Made by a program: the position numbers and the translations under genes | Shown here: piece by piece, positions 33,931 to 44,199 of the stretch | How the letters are laid out: every line of letters starts with the position of its first letter | How positions within the stretch are numbered: position 1 is the stretch's first letter | From: Prasinococcaceae sp. CCMP 1430 | Taxonomy: Eukaryota; Plantae; Prasinodermophyta | Length of the DNA: 63,634 nt | Direction: 5' to 3' | NCBI GenBank assembly: GCA_013416795.1 | Contig: RQSC01000014.1 | Location: forward strand, 579,655-643,288 | Notes under the pieces: model-generated | Database searches by the model: none | What the model was told of the DNA's origin: nothing | The model's input: the letters and a program-made list of their open reading frames with translations, nothing else

Positions 33931-34788
33931 GTTATGGGGGCGCGGCGCCGCTGGGTCGGGAACTGGGCGCCCCGCGCGCCGGGGAGGGGGTGTGGCGGCA
34001 CGCGCTGCCAATGCGCGGCGCCCACCGCCGCGCAGAGCAGCCCTGGCTGGCTGGCGCACCTCCGCCGTGCTGCTCCTGCCTGGCGTGGGTCCGACGATCG
34101 ATGTGCCACATTGTGATGGGAGGGAAAACGCTGCGAATTCCCAAGAGAGCGTTTGAGTGCCACGTAGGCATCGCGACAGCGCACGGGCGCTGGAGGCGTG
34201 AGGTAGCCTCACGCCCGCAGCCGCGCCAGCCACAGCTTGCGCGTGTGTAGGAGAGGCCCAGAGAGCTGCGCAGCTGTCGGATGGGCACAGGGGGGCGGCG
34301 GGCAAGCTCCACGGAGCAGGCGTACGCATGGTGCGTGTCAGTGCGTATCTGGGCGAATCTAGGAAAATTCCGAATGGATAGCGGTTTGCCGCGTTGCTCC
34401 CGAATCCGGACTTTTCGAGTGCGGGCGCAAACTTTGTGGGACTGCGGCGTGTCCTGCGCCAGTGCTAGCCAGCGCGTTTTGAGTACACGTGTCACGCGGC
34501 TTCATACGTGGGACCGTGGCGGTCACAGCCAGACCACGCGTCTAACAGCTGACGCGTCTGTACCGCACGCTGCGGCCGTCCGCATTGAACACACCCACAC
34601 AACGCCGGCGTGGCACCGGGTACGGGCACGTGCGGGTGCTCGTGGGCGTGCGTGGGTTGAGGGAGCGCTCGACGCGCCACAGTCGCACCTACAGGCGGCA
34701 CGTGCTCACCAGCAAGAGGTATCACACCATCACATCGTCGCCTGCTGCGGCCTGCAGGCGCTGGCATCAATTGCACGCGTCCGAAAGG

Positions 34789-36752
34789 ATGGCGCGCATG
34801 AGGTCCGGGGTCACCCATGCCGCCACCACCACGGCGGCACTGCTGCTGCTCGCTATGGCCGTCTGCGACATGCAGCGTGTCAAAGCCGCGGACCCCTTCG
34901 ATGCGTCGACCGCGGGGCCGGGCTGCTGGGTCATCAAGGATGGCGGCTATCTGGTCGACGCGGGCGTCGATGACGGTGTGTGTACACATGTTGCGCGGTG
35001 CATCGCAGTGCGCGTTTGCTGCGCAAGCAAGGTCGGTCTTTGCATGGTCGCACCTCCGCCCGCCAGAGGCGCGCTGCTTCGTCGAGTTGGCGAGATGCGA
35101 GGTGATGGCCCTTGGCACGGCAGCCGCGGTGACAGGGTGCTACATAGATGAGACATTGGGTCATGCACACACTTGCGCTCGATCATGACAGACGAGCATC
35201 AAATTGCTGACAGCCTGGCGCGCGTATCGATCACGCTTGACCCGCGCCTTGCTGCCCGCGCTCGCTATCACCCACGCGGCGACATCCATCACGCTTGCAC
35301 GGCGTGCCCAATGGTGGTGTATCGCGATGACGGCGCGGCGGTCCTGTGGCATCTCGCCAGATGGCGTCAACGTCATTACTTCATACGGATATCCAGTCAA
35401 GTACAAGGGAGGCTTTCGTTACAAGGCCGTCATCTCGGTGAGGGGTCCCGTGCTCCTTACCGCCGACCCTCACTTCGAGCTTGAAGGGAATATGGATGAT
35501 ATGGTATGTAGCGAGGACTATGAGGACGCAGATGACTACGAGGACTATGCAGCCGCAGCCTTGGCCTACGACTACTACTACGCCGACTACTCCTTCGCGC
35601 CTTTTGCATATGATATCCGCGGATATGAGTATGACGTTGTCGACAACCCATACAGCTATCCTCCCGCGTGTGAAGGGCGACGTAGTGTCTCTTGCAGCGA
35701 CTGGCTGCAGTGGGTGGACGGCTACCAGTACTGCGGTCGATATGCACCACCCAACGTTTTCGTACAAGAGAACGCGAGCGTGGCGATCGAGTTCCAAAGC
35801 GATGGCTCCGTAGCCGGCTCCGGCTTCAGCTTCAACTGCACGAGGTGCCCAGACGGGTAAGTCTGCCCGTCGTCGTGTGTCGACACTCACTGTAGCAACG
35901 CCAGCCTACAGTACTGACACTTTACGCGCGCGCGCACGCTTACCACGCACGCATGCGCGGCATGCGTATTGATACAGTCCGGACAAGCCTCCCTGCGACG
36001 CCTCAAACGTCACCGTCGCGCTCAACGACGCATCGTCGCAGCCAGAGTCAGAAGTGCCTGACCCACACGATGACCTGCCCGTGTCGTCTGTGCCGCACAC
36101 CCAGCCGGGTTGTCACGTTCACCAAGTGGGCAACTTGATTCCGCTCAACCAGACCCTCGATGCAGACGGAAACATAGCGCGACTCACCACGCTGGACTAC
36201 GTGGGCAGGTACCCTCCGCGTGCAGCGACCCCCATCTCAATAGTGGGCCCCGCACATGTCACGTTCGACAGCCGATTCAGGCTCGAATCGCGACTCAGCT
36301 TCGACTATGGCTTTGTCAATGACTATGACTACTACTCGTCATCAAACTTCGTTGGGTGCCCGAGCTCATGCCCCGAAGCGTTCATCGGCGATGGCGTGTG
36401 TGACGAGGTGTGCAACTTCGGTGGCTGCGTCGCATCTAGTGGACCCAAGACGAACGCGACCAACGCGTCGTCTCAGGGCTCGGGGGTCGTCGGATACGAT
36501 GGAGGCGACTGTGACCCGCCGGCAAGCGACGATTCGTACGACAACAACGGCGTCATTGACAGATGCATGCACTACATCGCGATCGATGGCGAGAAGCACT
36601 GCGTGCAGGCACCAGAGTCGCTGTGCATACCAGAGGGCAAGACTACCTTCATTCTCTTCGACTCATCTGCTTCGATGCACAGAGCCGACACGATCGGCTT
36701 CGCCATGAACTGTACCATGCTCCAAGGGAACGCTACGGAGTGTCGGACGTGA
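34789..36752 (+). CDS. Secreted Cys-rich protein with two split CUB-like domains and an LNR (Lin12/Notch)-like repeat; exons 34789-34975, (35136-35159 tentative), 35361-35856, 35978-36752
   Basis: Signal peptide AALLLLAMAV; ITSYGYPVKY...CSDWLQ..DG..YCG...P...IEFQSDGSVAGSGF; C.....IGDGVCDEVCN..GC...YDGGDC. Introns join in phase, including GTAAGT at 35857 to CAG at 35977. Confidence 0.7.
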
Positions 36753-36821
36753 CGTGCGCCCCGTCGAGGCAATAGAGACCGGAACGGTCGACTGGCCGCG
36801 CAGGTAAGAGAGGGGCAATTA

Positions 36822-37626
36822 TTAACTAGTACTGTGGCGACCTCGCCGGGCGGCGCTGCCGCCCGCGTGCTCGGTGAGCCACGCGGGCATGCCCTGGTCG
36901 TCGGCGGCGCCCGCCTCGCGCAGCGCCTCGGTCATCACCGAGTCGAGGAGCGAGAGCGCGTGGCCGTGCGGCCACGTCTGGCACGCGCCCACGGCGCACC
37001 GCCCCGCGAGCACGGCGTCGACGTCGCCGCGCGCGCTCGCGTCCACGAGGAGCGTGCCGGCGCCCACGCGGAACGCAGTCGGCAACGGCCGGTCGGCGAC
37101 CGCGCCGCGGCCGGCGCGGCCCTCGCGCGCGTCCGCCAGGACCTGCGCGGCGTTAAGCTGCGGCACGAAGGTCGCGCCGTCGGAGGTGGGCGCGGACGCG
37201 CCGCCCACCGTTTGCAGCGGCAGCGAGCGGCCGAAGAGGTCCTGCTGCCGAGGCTGCTGCGGCTGCCGCTGCTGCTGCGGAGGACGGGGAGGTCCGCCTG
37301 CGCCCTCGGGAGCGCGATGGCGGCCGCCCTCCGTGTCGTACACCGGCTCCACCTGCTCCTGGTGCCACAGCACGCCGGGGCGCGCCGGCGCGAAGCGCCC
37401 GCCGGCGCTGGCTCGCCAGCGGGCGGGCGCGTGGAGCGCGACGTAGACGTCGCCGTCTCGGAACGCCTGCGCGAGCACCGCGCGCCGCTCCGCCGGGGAG
37501 AGCGCCGCCGCGCGCACCTCTTCCTCGGTGGGCACCGACAGGGCGGCCGCGCCGCCCAGCGACCAGCAGTCGGCCGCGGCGAATCCGTCGCTGCCCGCCG
37601 CCGCGTCCGCGCCGAGGCTGCGCGTG
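36822..37626 (-). CDS. C-terminal part of a hypothetical protein; 5' part in N-gap
   Basis: Open, GC3-rich frame from the gap edge to a stop at 36822 (AERRAVLAQAFRDGDVYVALH...HALSLLDSVMTEALRE). No family recognised. Confidence 0.45.
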
Positions 37627-38060
37627 NNNNNNNNNNNNNNNNNNNNNNNNNNNNNNNNNNNNNNNNNNNNNNNNNNNNNNNNNNNNNNNNNNNNNNNNNN
37701 NNNNNNNNNNNNNNNNNNNNNNNNNNNNNNNNNNNNNNNNNNNNNNNNNNNNNNNNNNNNNNNNNNNNNNNNNNNNNNNNNNNNNNNNNNNNNNNNNNNN
37801 NNNNNNNNNNNNNNNNNNNNNNNNNNNNNNNNNNNNNNNNNNNNNNNNNNNNNNNNNNNNNNNNNNNNNNNNNNNNNNNNNNNNNNNNNNNNNNNNNNNN
37901 NNNNNNNNNNNNNNNNNNNNNNNNNNNNNNNNNNNNNNNNNNNNNNNNNNNNNNNNNNNNNNNNNNNNNNNNNNNNNNNNNNNNNNNNNNNNNNNNNNNN
38001 NNNNNNNNNNNNNNNNNNNNNNNNNNNNNNNNNNNNNNNNNNNNNNNNNNNNNNNNNNNN
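37627..38060. other. Assembly gap (others: 4107-4274, 40503-40725, 61119-61661; single N at 40079, 45875, 51017)
   Basis: Runs of N in the sequence. Confidence 1.
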
Positions 38061-38248
38061 CGCCGCCGTTCGCCACGCTCGTGTGGCGCGAGGCGCGCGC
38101 GTGCGCGCCATGGCGTGCGGGTTCGGATCGGATCGCGCGCGCGTGGCGCACCGACGCGCGAAAACAGTTACGTACATAAGAATGAATCGCGTGCATTGTT
38201 TATTCCCGCGCCGCTCCGGTGACTGAAGGCGCGCCTCCGCCCTCTCAG

Positions 38249-39040
38249 CTAGGTCCACCGCGACCAGCCGTACGCGGCGAGCGCGAGCGCCTGGCCGCTG
38301 AGGATGGTGGTCGCGGCGTAGCCGTACGCCCGCGCGGCCCCGTGGCCGTGCCGCGGGACGAGCATGGCGTGCATCTCGCCCGCCCAGCTGCTGACGGTGC
38401 TCAGCCCGCCGTCCAGGCCCAGCGCGATGCCCTTGAACGCCAGGTCGCTGCCGACGCTGTGGATGCGGCTGTCGAGCGCCGCGTCGACGGCGTTGATGAG
38501 GCTGCCCAGCATGTTGGCGGCGAAGGTGCCCCACGGCCACCCCGGGCGGTTGAGCTCTGCGCTGAGCACCCGCCGCACGGCCACGCCGACCGGCGCGAGC
38601 AGCAGGGCGACCCACCACTCGCGCCTGTACTGGTGCTCGGGCGCCGTGTCGACGACGACCCCCGCCGTGGCGGCGGCCAGCGACCCCAAGGCCAGGGCGA
38701 TGAACGCGGCGTCCAAGAGGTCGATGGCAGCCCCGCCTCCTTCTTCTCCCGCCTGCTGCTTGCTGTCGGTGGGGCGAGGAGGAGGGGGCTCCTCCTGCTC
38801 GGGCTCCTCCTGCTGCTGCTCGTCGGCGGTGGCGGCATCGCCACCTCGCTGCCGGTGTTGCCTGAGGGGTGACAGTTCGATCTCGCGATGGCCGCTCGGG
38901 GCGGCGCGCGATCCGTTGCTGCCGCCGCCGACCGCTCCGCCTTCGGCGATGGCGGCAGCCGCGGCGCCGCTCTCCTTCGATTCGACGAGCGCCGAATCGG
39001 CGTCGCCCCCCCCGGTCAAGGCGTCCCTGCTGCCGGCGGA
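38249..39040 (-). CDS. Fluoride exporter (Fluc/CrcB, FEX-type): linker and C-terminal domain only
   Basis: ALLLAPVGVAVRR (GxxxR), WPWGTFAANMLGS (GTxxxN), GLDGGLSTVSSWAGE (pore motif) and a final TM helix, preceded by an acidic linker. No first CrcB domain visible. Confidence 0.75.
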   Translation of the reverse strand, partial: SAGSRDALTGGGDADSALVESKESGAAAAAIAEGGAVGGGSNGSRAAPSGHREIELSPLRQHRQRGGDAATADEQQQEEPEQEEPPPPRPTDSKQQAGEEGGGAAIDLLDAAFIALALGSLAAATAGVVVDTAPEHQYRREWWVALLLAPVGVAVRRVLSAELNRPGWPWGTFAANMLGSLINAVDAALDSRIHSVGSDLAFKGIALGLDGGLSTVSSWAGEMHAMLVPRHGHGAARAYGYAATTILSGQALALAAYGWSRWT

Positions 39041-39083
39041 GGACCCAGAGCCGCACCTCCGCTCGACGAGCACGCGCACGCAG

Positions 39084-39554
39084 GCGCACGCGCACGGCGC
39101 CGCGCACGGCGCCGCGCCGCGGAATCGGCGCGTTGGAACGTACGCCTTCATGCCACCTGAGGCGTTTTCCACGTCTGATAGCGACATGGACGGTTCGTAC
39201 GACGAGCGCTGCGACGTGTACTCCTTCGGCGTGCTGCTGTGGACGCTCATGACCCGCGAGCGACCGTGGCAGCGTTGTGGCAGCCGCAAGGAGCTGGTGG
39301 CGCGCGTGACGTCTGGCGAGCGGCCACCGTTGCGCCTGCCGCACGCGGAGATGCTCCGTCCGCAGCCGCCGCAGCTCGTTCACCTGTGGCCAGCGGGCAC
39401 CCCTCCAGGGGTGGCCTCTCGCTTCGCCGAGCTCGTGCGCGCGTGCTGGCACCACGAGCCCGCGGCACGCCCGGACATGTCCACTGCGATCACCGAGCTG
39501 CAGGCGATCGCTGCAGAAAGCGCCGCCGCCGCCGCCAGGGCCCCCTCGCGCTAA
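39084..39554 (+). CDS. Protein kinase C-lobe fragment (TKL/Raf-like, subdomains VIII-XI)
   Basis: VGTYAFMPPE, CDVYSFGVLLW, GERP, CWHHEPAARP. No GxGxxG, VAIK, HRD or DFG upstream; phase-0 acceptor CACGCAG at 39083. Confidence 0.78.
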   Translation, partial: AHAHGAAHGAAPRNRRVGTYAFMPPEAFSTSDSDMDGSYDERCDVYSFGVLLWTLMTRERPWQRCGSRKELVARVTSGERPPLRLPHAEMLRPQPPQLVHLWPAGTPPGVASRFAELVRACWHHEPAARPDMSTAITELQAIAAESAAAAARAPSR

Positions 39555-39727
39555 GCGCGCGCGCATGGCGGTGTGACGAATTGAAGGCGCCTGGTGGGCT
39601 CTGCGCGCCCCACGCGCGTCTACCACGCCCGTTCCTCCCAGCAGCGGCTTTCGACGCCAAATACGGCCCGCAGTGACACAGTGACGCAGAGAATCGTTGT
39701 ATACCAAGTTAACAGTACCAATTAATG

Positions 39728-40078
39728 CTAGTCGCACACGGACGGCGTGGAGGGCGCAACGCACGCCGTGCTGTCGTCAGAGAGCGACGGCGCCGCGTCG
39801 TCCGCGAGCTCCTCAAGCGCGAGCGCGGCGAGGCCGTCCAGCGCATCGTGTCCCTCCCCCCCGACGCCGAGTCCAGCGCCCGCTTCGACGCCCGCACCCG
39901 CCCCCACTTCGGCGAGCGCGTCCAGCGCGGGCGCGGTGCCGGCTTCGCAGCCGTCGCCCTCGCCGTTGAGAGCGCCAGAGGTGCGCGCGAGCCGTCGCTG
40001 TCCCATCACCCATAGCGTGAGGGCGTACCTGTCCGGTGCGTCGATGGAGATCGGAAGCACCTCATGGCGCGTGGCGTC
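39728..40078 (-). CDS. 2-oxoglutarate/Fe(II) dioxygenase C-terminal fragment, truncated at single-N join 40079
   Basis: TRHEVLP......RYALTLW contains the distal His ligand and 2OG-binding Arg typical of prolyl-hydroxylase-like enzymes, followed by an acidic tail. Confidence 0.6.
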   Translation of the reverse strand, partial: DATRHEVLPISIDAPDRYALTLWVMGQRRLARTSGALNGEGDGCEAGTAPALDALAEVGAGAGVEAGAGLGVGGEGHDALDGLAALALEELADDAAPSLSDDSTACVAPSTPSVCD

Positions 40079-40143
40079 NAAAAAAAAAAAAAAAGGGTGG
40101 GTGACGCAAAAAAAAAAAAGGCGCGCGCGTGCGCACAAAAATG

Positions 40144-40246
40144 TGCGTCGGCCGGGAATCGAACCCGGGTCTCCACCGAGATGCAAGGAGCAACGAGTGC
40201 CAGAAAAGGTTGGCAGGGTGGTATTCTACCACTAGACCACCGACAC
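40144..40246 (-). tRNA. tRNA-Gly(GCC) with a 32-nt intron (40210-40179) at canonical position 37/38
   Basis: Acceptor stem GTGTCGG/CCGACGC, D-loop AGTGGTAGAA, anticodon arm CCACC-CTGCCA^C-GGTGG, T-loop GGTTCGATTCCC, discriminator A and downstream T5 Pol III terminator. Confidence 0.93.
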
Positions 40247-40824
40247 GAAACCTTAAACCCGGCGCGAAAATTTGCGGCATATCTTTCTGCACGTCGCCTC
40301 GCGTTGCGTCCCGTGTGCGCGACCCGATCCTCCCCGCCGTCCCGCGCGATTTCGATTTTTTCGCCCGACAGAGGATGGCGCGCACGTGTCCCCTTCGAAC
40401 TGATGGCGCAGAATTGCCCTGGCGTGGCGCCGATGTGCTGTGATGGCCCCGGCCGCGCGCGCGCGCGCAGCGTGCCACAGCGCGCGCGCGGCCGGGGCGG
40501 CTNNNNNNNNNNNNNNNNNNNNNNNNNNNNNNNNNNNNNNNNNNNNNNNNNNNNNNNNNNNNNNNNNNNNNNNNNNNNNNNNNNNNNNNNNNNNNNNNNN
40601 NNNNNNNNNNNNNNNNNNNNNNNNNNNNNNNNNNNNNNNNNNNNNNNNNNNNNNNNNNNNNNNNNNNNNNNNNNNNNNNNNNNNNNNNNNNNNNNNNNNN
40701 NNNNNNNNNNNNNNNNNNNNNNNNNCCTCCTTCCCCCCGTGAAAAAAAGGAGCGCCCCGGGCGGGCCGCCCTCGCTCCGCTCCCTATGGGGCCGCCGCCG
40801 CCCTCAGAGCTTCGCTCCGCGGCC

Positions 40825-41828
40825 ATGATGGCGCCCTCCCCAACAAACCTGAGCGGCGGCGACTCCTCCTCCTCCGCCTCGCCGACCGGCGCGGCGATCG
40901 AGGGCGACTGGTACGTCCGCGACTACGACGGTCCGGGCTCGCTGGCGGCGGCGACGCGCTCGGGCTGCAAGCTGTCCATCTGGCAGTCGCTGCGCGCGCG
41001 CTTCGGCGCCACGAGCCGCCAGCGCGCGCTCGAGCGGCACGCCGTCGTGCTCGACGCGCGGCGCGGCGCGCTCGTCAGCGAGGCGTGGGCGTGCGAGACG
41101 GCCTCGCAGTCGGACAGCAGCAGCCGCAGCGGGCAGCCGAGCGCGCGCGACGCCGCGGCCGCCTTTGAGGGGGAGCAGGGGCACAGCAGCCTGCTGGGCA
41201 CGCTGCCGCTGCGCGACGTGCTCGGCGCGGCGCCCATGCCGCCCGCCGGCCCGGGCGAGCCGCTGCACACGCAGGGGCGCGCGCGGCTGGCCATCCACAC
41301 CTTCGTCAAGGACCGCAAGGAGCCCTCCAAGCTCGTGCCGCGCACGCTGCTCTTCACGCCCGCGTACGACCAGGACGCCGACGGCGACGACCCGCCGCTG
41401 CTGCCGGGCGAGGCGGTCGCGGGCGAGCACCAAGTGTCCACCTGGCACGCGGCGCTCGAGAAGGCGCTGCGCGCCAACAAGGAGCGGCCGCGCTCGCTGA
41501 TCGTGCTGGTCAACCCCGTGGGCGGCAAGGGGCGCGCGCGCGCGGTGTGGTCGGAGACCGCCGAGCCCGTCATGGCGGCGGCCGGCATCAACGTGGAGGT
41601 GCACGAGACGCAGTACGCCGGCCACGCCGAGGAGATGCTGCGCAGCCTGCCCGCGGAGCGGCTGCTGTCGCTCGACGGCGTGGTGGTGGTCGGCGGCGAC
41701 GGCATCACGGCGGAGGCCATCAACGGGATCGTCGCCAACGAGGAGTACCAGGCGGCGCTGGCGGCCGGCGCGGACGAGGCCGTGGAGATGTACAACAGCC
41801 GAGCGGCGCCGCGCGACGCCGCCCCCGA

Positions 41829-41865
<37 letters not shown>

Positions 41866-41910
41866 GAGGGCACGGGGAACGGCGACGCGAACGGCGCCGG
41901 CCCCGCCCCC

Positions 41911-41952
<42 letters not shown>

Positions 41953-42116
41953 GAGGAGGAGGAGGAAGAGGAAAAGGACGACGAGGAAAAGGGCGAGGAG
42001 AACGCACAGGCGGCGAAGGGGACCTCGAAGCAGCAGCAGCAGCAGCAGCACCAGCAGCAGGAGGAGGGCAAGGAGGACAAGCAACGGCCCTCTTCAGAGG
42101 CCTCGGCGGCTCACAG

Positions 42117-42147
<31 letters not shown>

Positions 42148-44050
42148 GAGGCCGTCGATCAAAGGTCCCAAATGCCGCGGCCTCGGCAGCAGAGCGGGCT
42201 CGACATCCGCAACGTGGGCATCGGAGGGATGGTGCTGTGCCCCCCGGCGGCCGACTCGGTCTTCGACGGCTCGCAGATCGACGTGACCAACGTGGTCGAG
42301 CCGAAGAGCCCCGGTCCCGCCGCCAAGATGGAGGAGCAGCGGCGGCGCAGCGGCTCCTCGCCAGCACCCGCACCCTCGCCAGCACCCGCACCCTCGCCAG
42401 CACCCGCACCCGCACCCGCACCCGCACCAGCACCCGCACCATCACCACAACCACCAGCAGCGCCGCACCCCCTCCCCCCGTCCACAAACCCCAGCAACAA
42501 CAACTCCAGCAGCAACAACCAGCACTCGCCCTCCGCCGCCCCCCCCACACCAACAAACACAACCCACTCCAACACCACCACCAACAACAACAACCCCCCT
42601 CAACAACACGCCCAGCAGCCCAAGTCCCGCCTCTCCGGGCGCCCGCCCCTCCCGGGCGGCGCCCCGGCCCCGCACCCCGCACAGAAGCAGAAGAAGAAGG
42701 CCAAGAAGCAGAGGGCCGTCGTGGAGAGCATCCTGCAGAGGCGCCTGCGCGTGGGCGTCATCCCGGCGGGCTCGACGGACGCCGTGGCGTGCTCCACCAC
42801 GGGCACGCGCGACCCGGCGACCGCCTCGCTGTGGATCGCGCTGGGCGCGCGGCTGCCCATCGACGTCGCCGAGGTGGACGACCCGCGCGGCGGCACGGCG
42901 GCGGTGTCGGGCACGGTGGGCAGCGGCAGCGGCAAGCGGCACGTGGTGTCCTTCCTGGGGTACGGCTACTACGGCGACATCATCCGCACGTCGGACAGCA
43001 TGCGCTTCCTCGGGCCCGCGCGCTACGACGTCATGGGCGCGCTGGCGTTCTTCCTGGGCCGCACGTACGCCGCGCGCGTGAGCTTCCTGCCGCCCGTGGA
43101 GAACCCCGACGCCGACCTCGAGGCGTGCCGCCAGGACTTCGACGCGCCGCTGTGCGCCGCCGGCGACGACCTCAACCACCAGGCGGCGGAGGCCATGGCC
43201 GAGGCGGTGGCCAACCGCGTGACGGGGCGGCAGCGCAGGCTGAGCCTCGGCCAGAAGCTCGGCAGGGCGCTCAAGCAGCTCGACGCCAACCGGCCGGAGG
43301 GCGAGTCGCCCGCCACGTCGCAGGCGAGCTCGCAGGCGCCCTCGCTGCTCGCCTCGCCGGTGGGCGCCCCGACCCAGTGGGGGGCCGCCGCGAGCGACGC
43401 CTCGCCCGCCGCCGCCGCTCGCCGCGAGCAAGGGGATGAACGGCAGCGGGGGGCGCGCCCGGGGGCGGCCGAGCTCCTCGTCGGGCGCGTCGCGCCGGCT
43501 CTCGCTGGACAGCCCCGCCGGCGGCGGCCAGGACGCCCCCAAGTCGGACGACGAGCAGCGGAACGGCGCCGCGCGCCCCGGGCAGCGCCCCGCAAACGCG
43601 CCGGGGTCCCCGACGAACGCCGACGAGAGGAGGCAGCAAGGCGGCCCCCGCTGGATGACCATCGAGGGCGAGTTCAAGGTGGTCGGCTGCGCGGTGCTGA
43701 GCTGCCGCTGCGACCAGGCGCCCGACGGCCTCGCCAAGTACGCGCAGATCTGCGACGGCAACATGCAGCTCTTCCTCGTGCGCAACTGCTCCCGCTGGCA
43801 GTTCCTGCGCCACCTGGCGGCCCTCGCGTTCGGCGGCAACGCCTTCGACTTCGACTTCGTGGAGCTGTACAAGGTCTCGGGCGTGCACGTGGAGCCGCTG
43901 CACGGCGCCGACGCCGCCCGCGTCGCGGGCAAGGACATGGCGCACCGGTCGTCGTGGAACGTCGACGGCGAGGTGGGCCACGGCACGCTCTTGGCGAGCG
44001 CCAAGCGCGGGCTGGTGGACGTCTTCGCGCGCGGGCCCGAGCTGGCGTGA
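40825..44050 (+). CDS. Ceramide kinase (CERK/ACD5-like sphingolipid kinase) with a large low-complexity insert and a frame discontinuity at ~43360-43435
   Basis: LVNPVGGKG, ETQYAGHA, VGGDG, GVIPAGSTDA and GYGYYGDII in the first frame; CRCDQAPDGL, DGNMQLFLVRNCSR, SSWNVDGE and LVDVFARG in the +1 frame. Confidence 0.85.
41914..41949 (+). repeat. (CAG)12 polyglutamine tract within the ceramide kinase insert
   Basis: Directly visible trinucleotide run, followed by GAG polyGlu. Confidence 0.9.
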
Positions 44051-44199
44051 GCGCGCCGCGGCGCCCCGGCGGGAGGAGCGCGGCCACGCGAGGCCGGCCG
44101 CGCGCGCCCAACAATCGCCACCCGATCCACATGTAATTAATTAATACAGGACGACCTCGCGCTCGCCGGCGCCAGGGGCGCGCGCCCGGAGGAGGAGCC

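Noticed and set aside
36640-36690. FILFDSSASM as a vWA MIDAS motif
   Set aside because: It aligns better with the FQSDGS strand of the first CUB-like unit, and the protein ends about 25 aa later.
36822-39764. 980-aa minus-strand ORF
   Set aside because: It is open only because it reads through a 434-N gap; the part above the gap is an off-frame reading of the FEX/kinase region.
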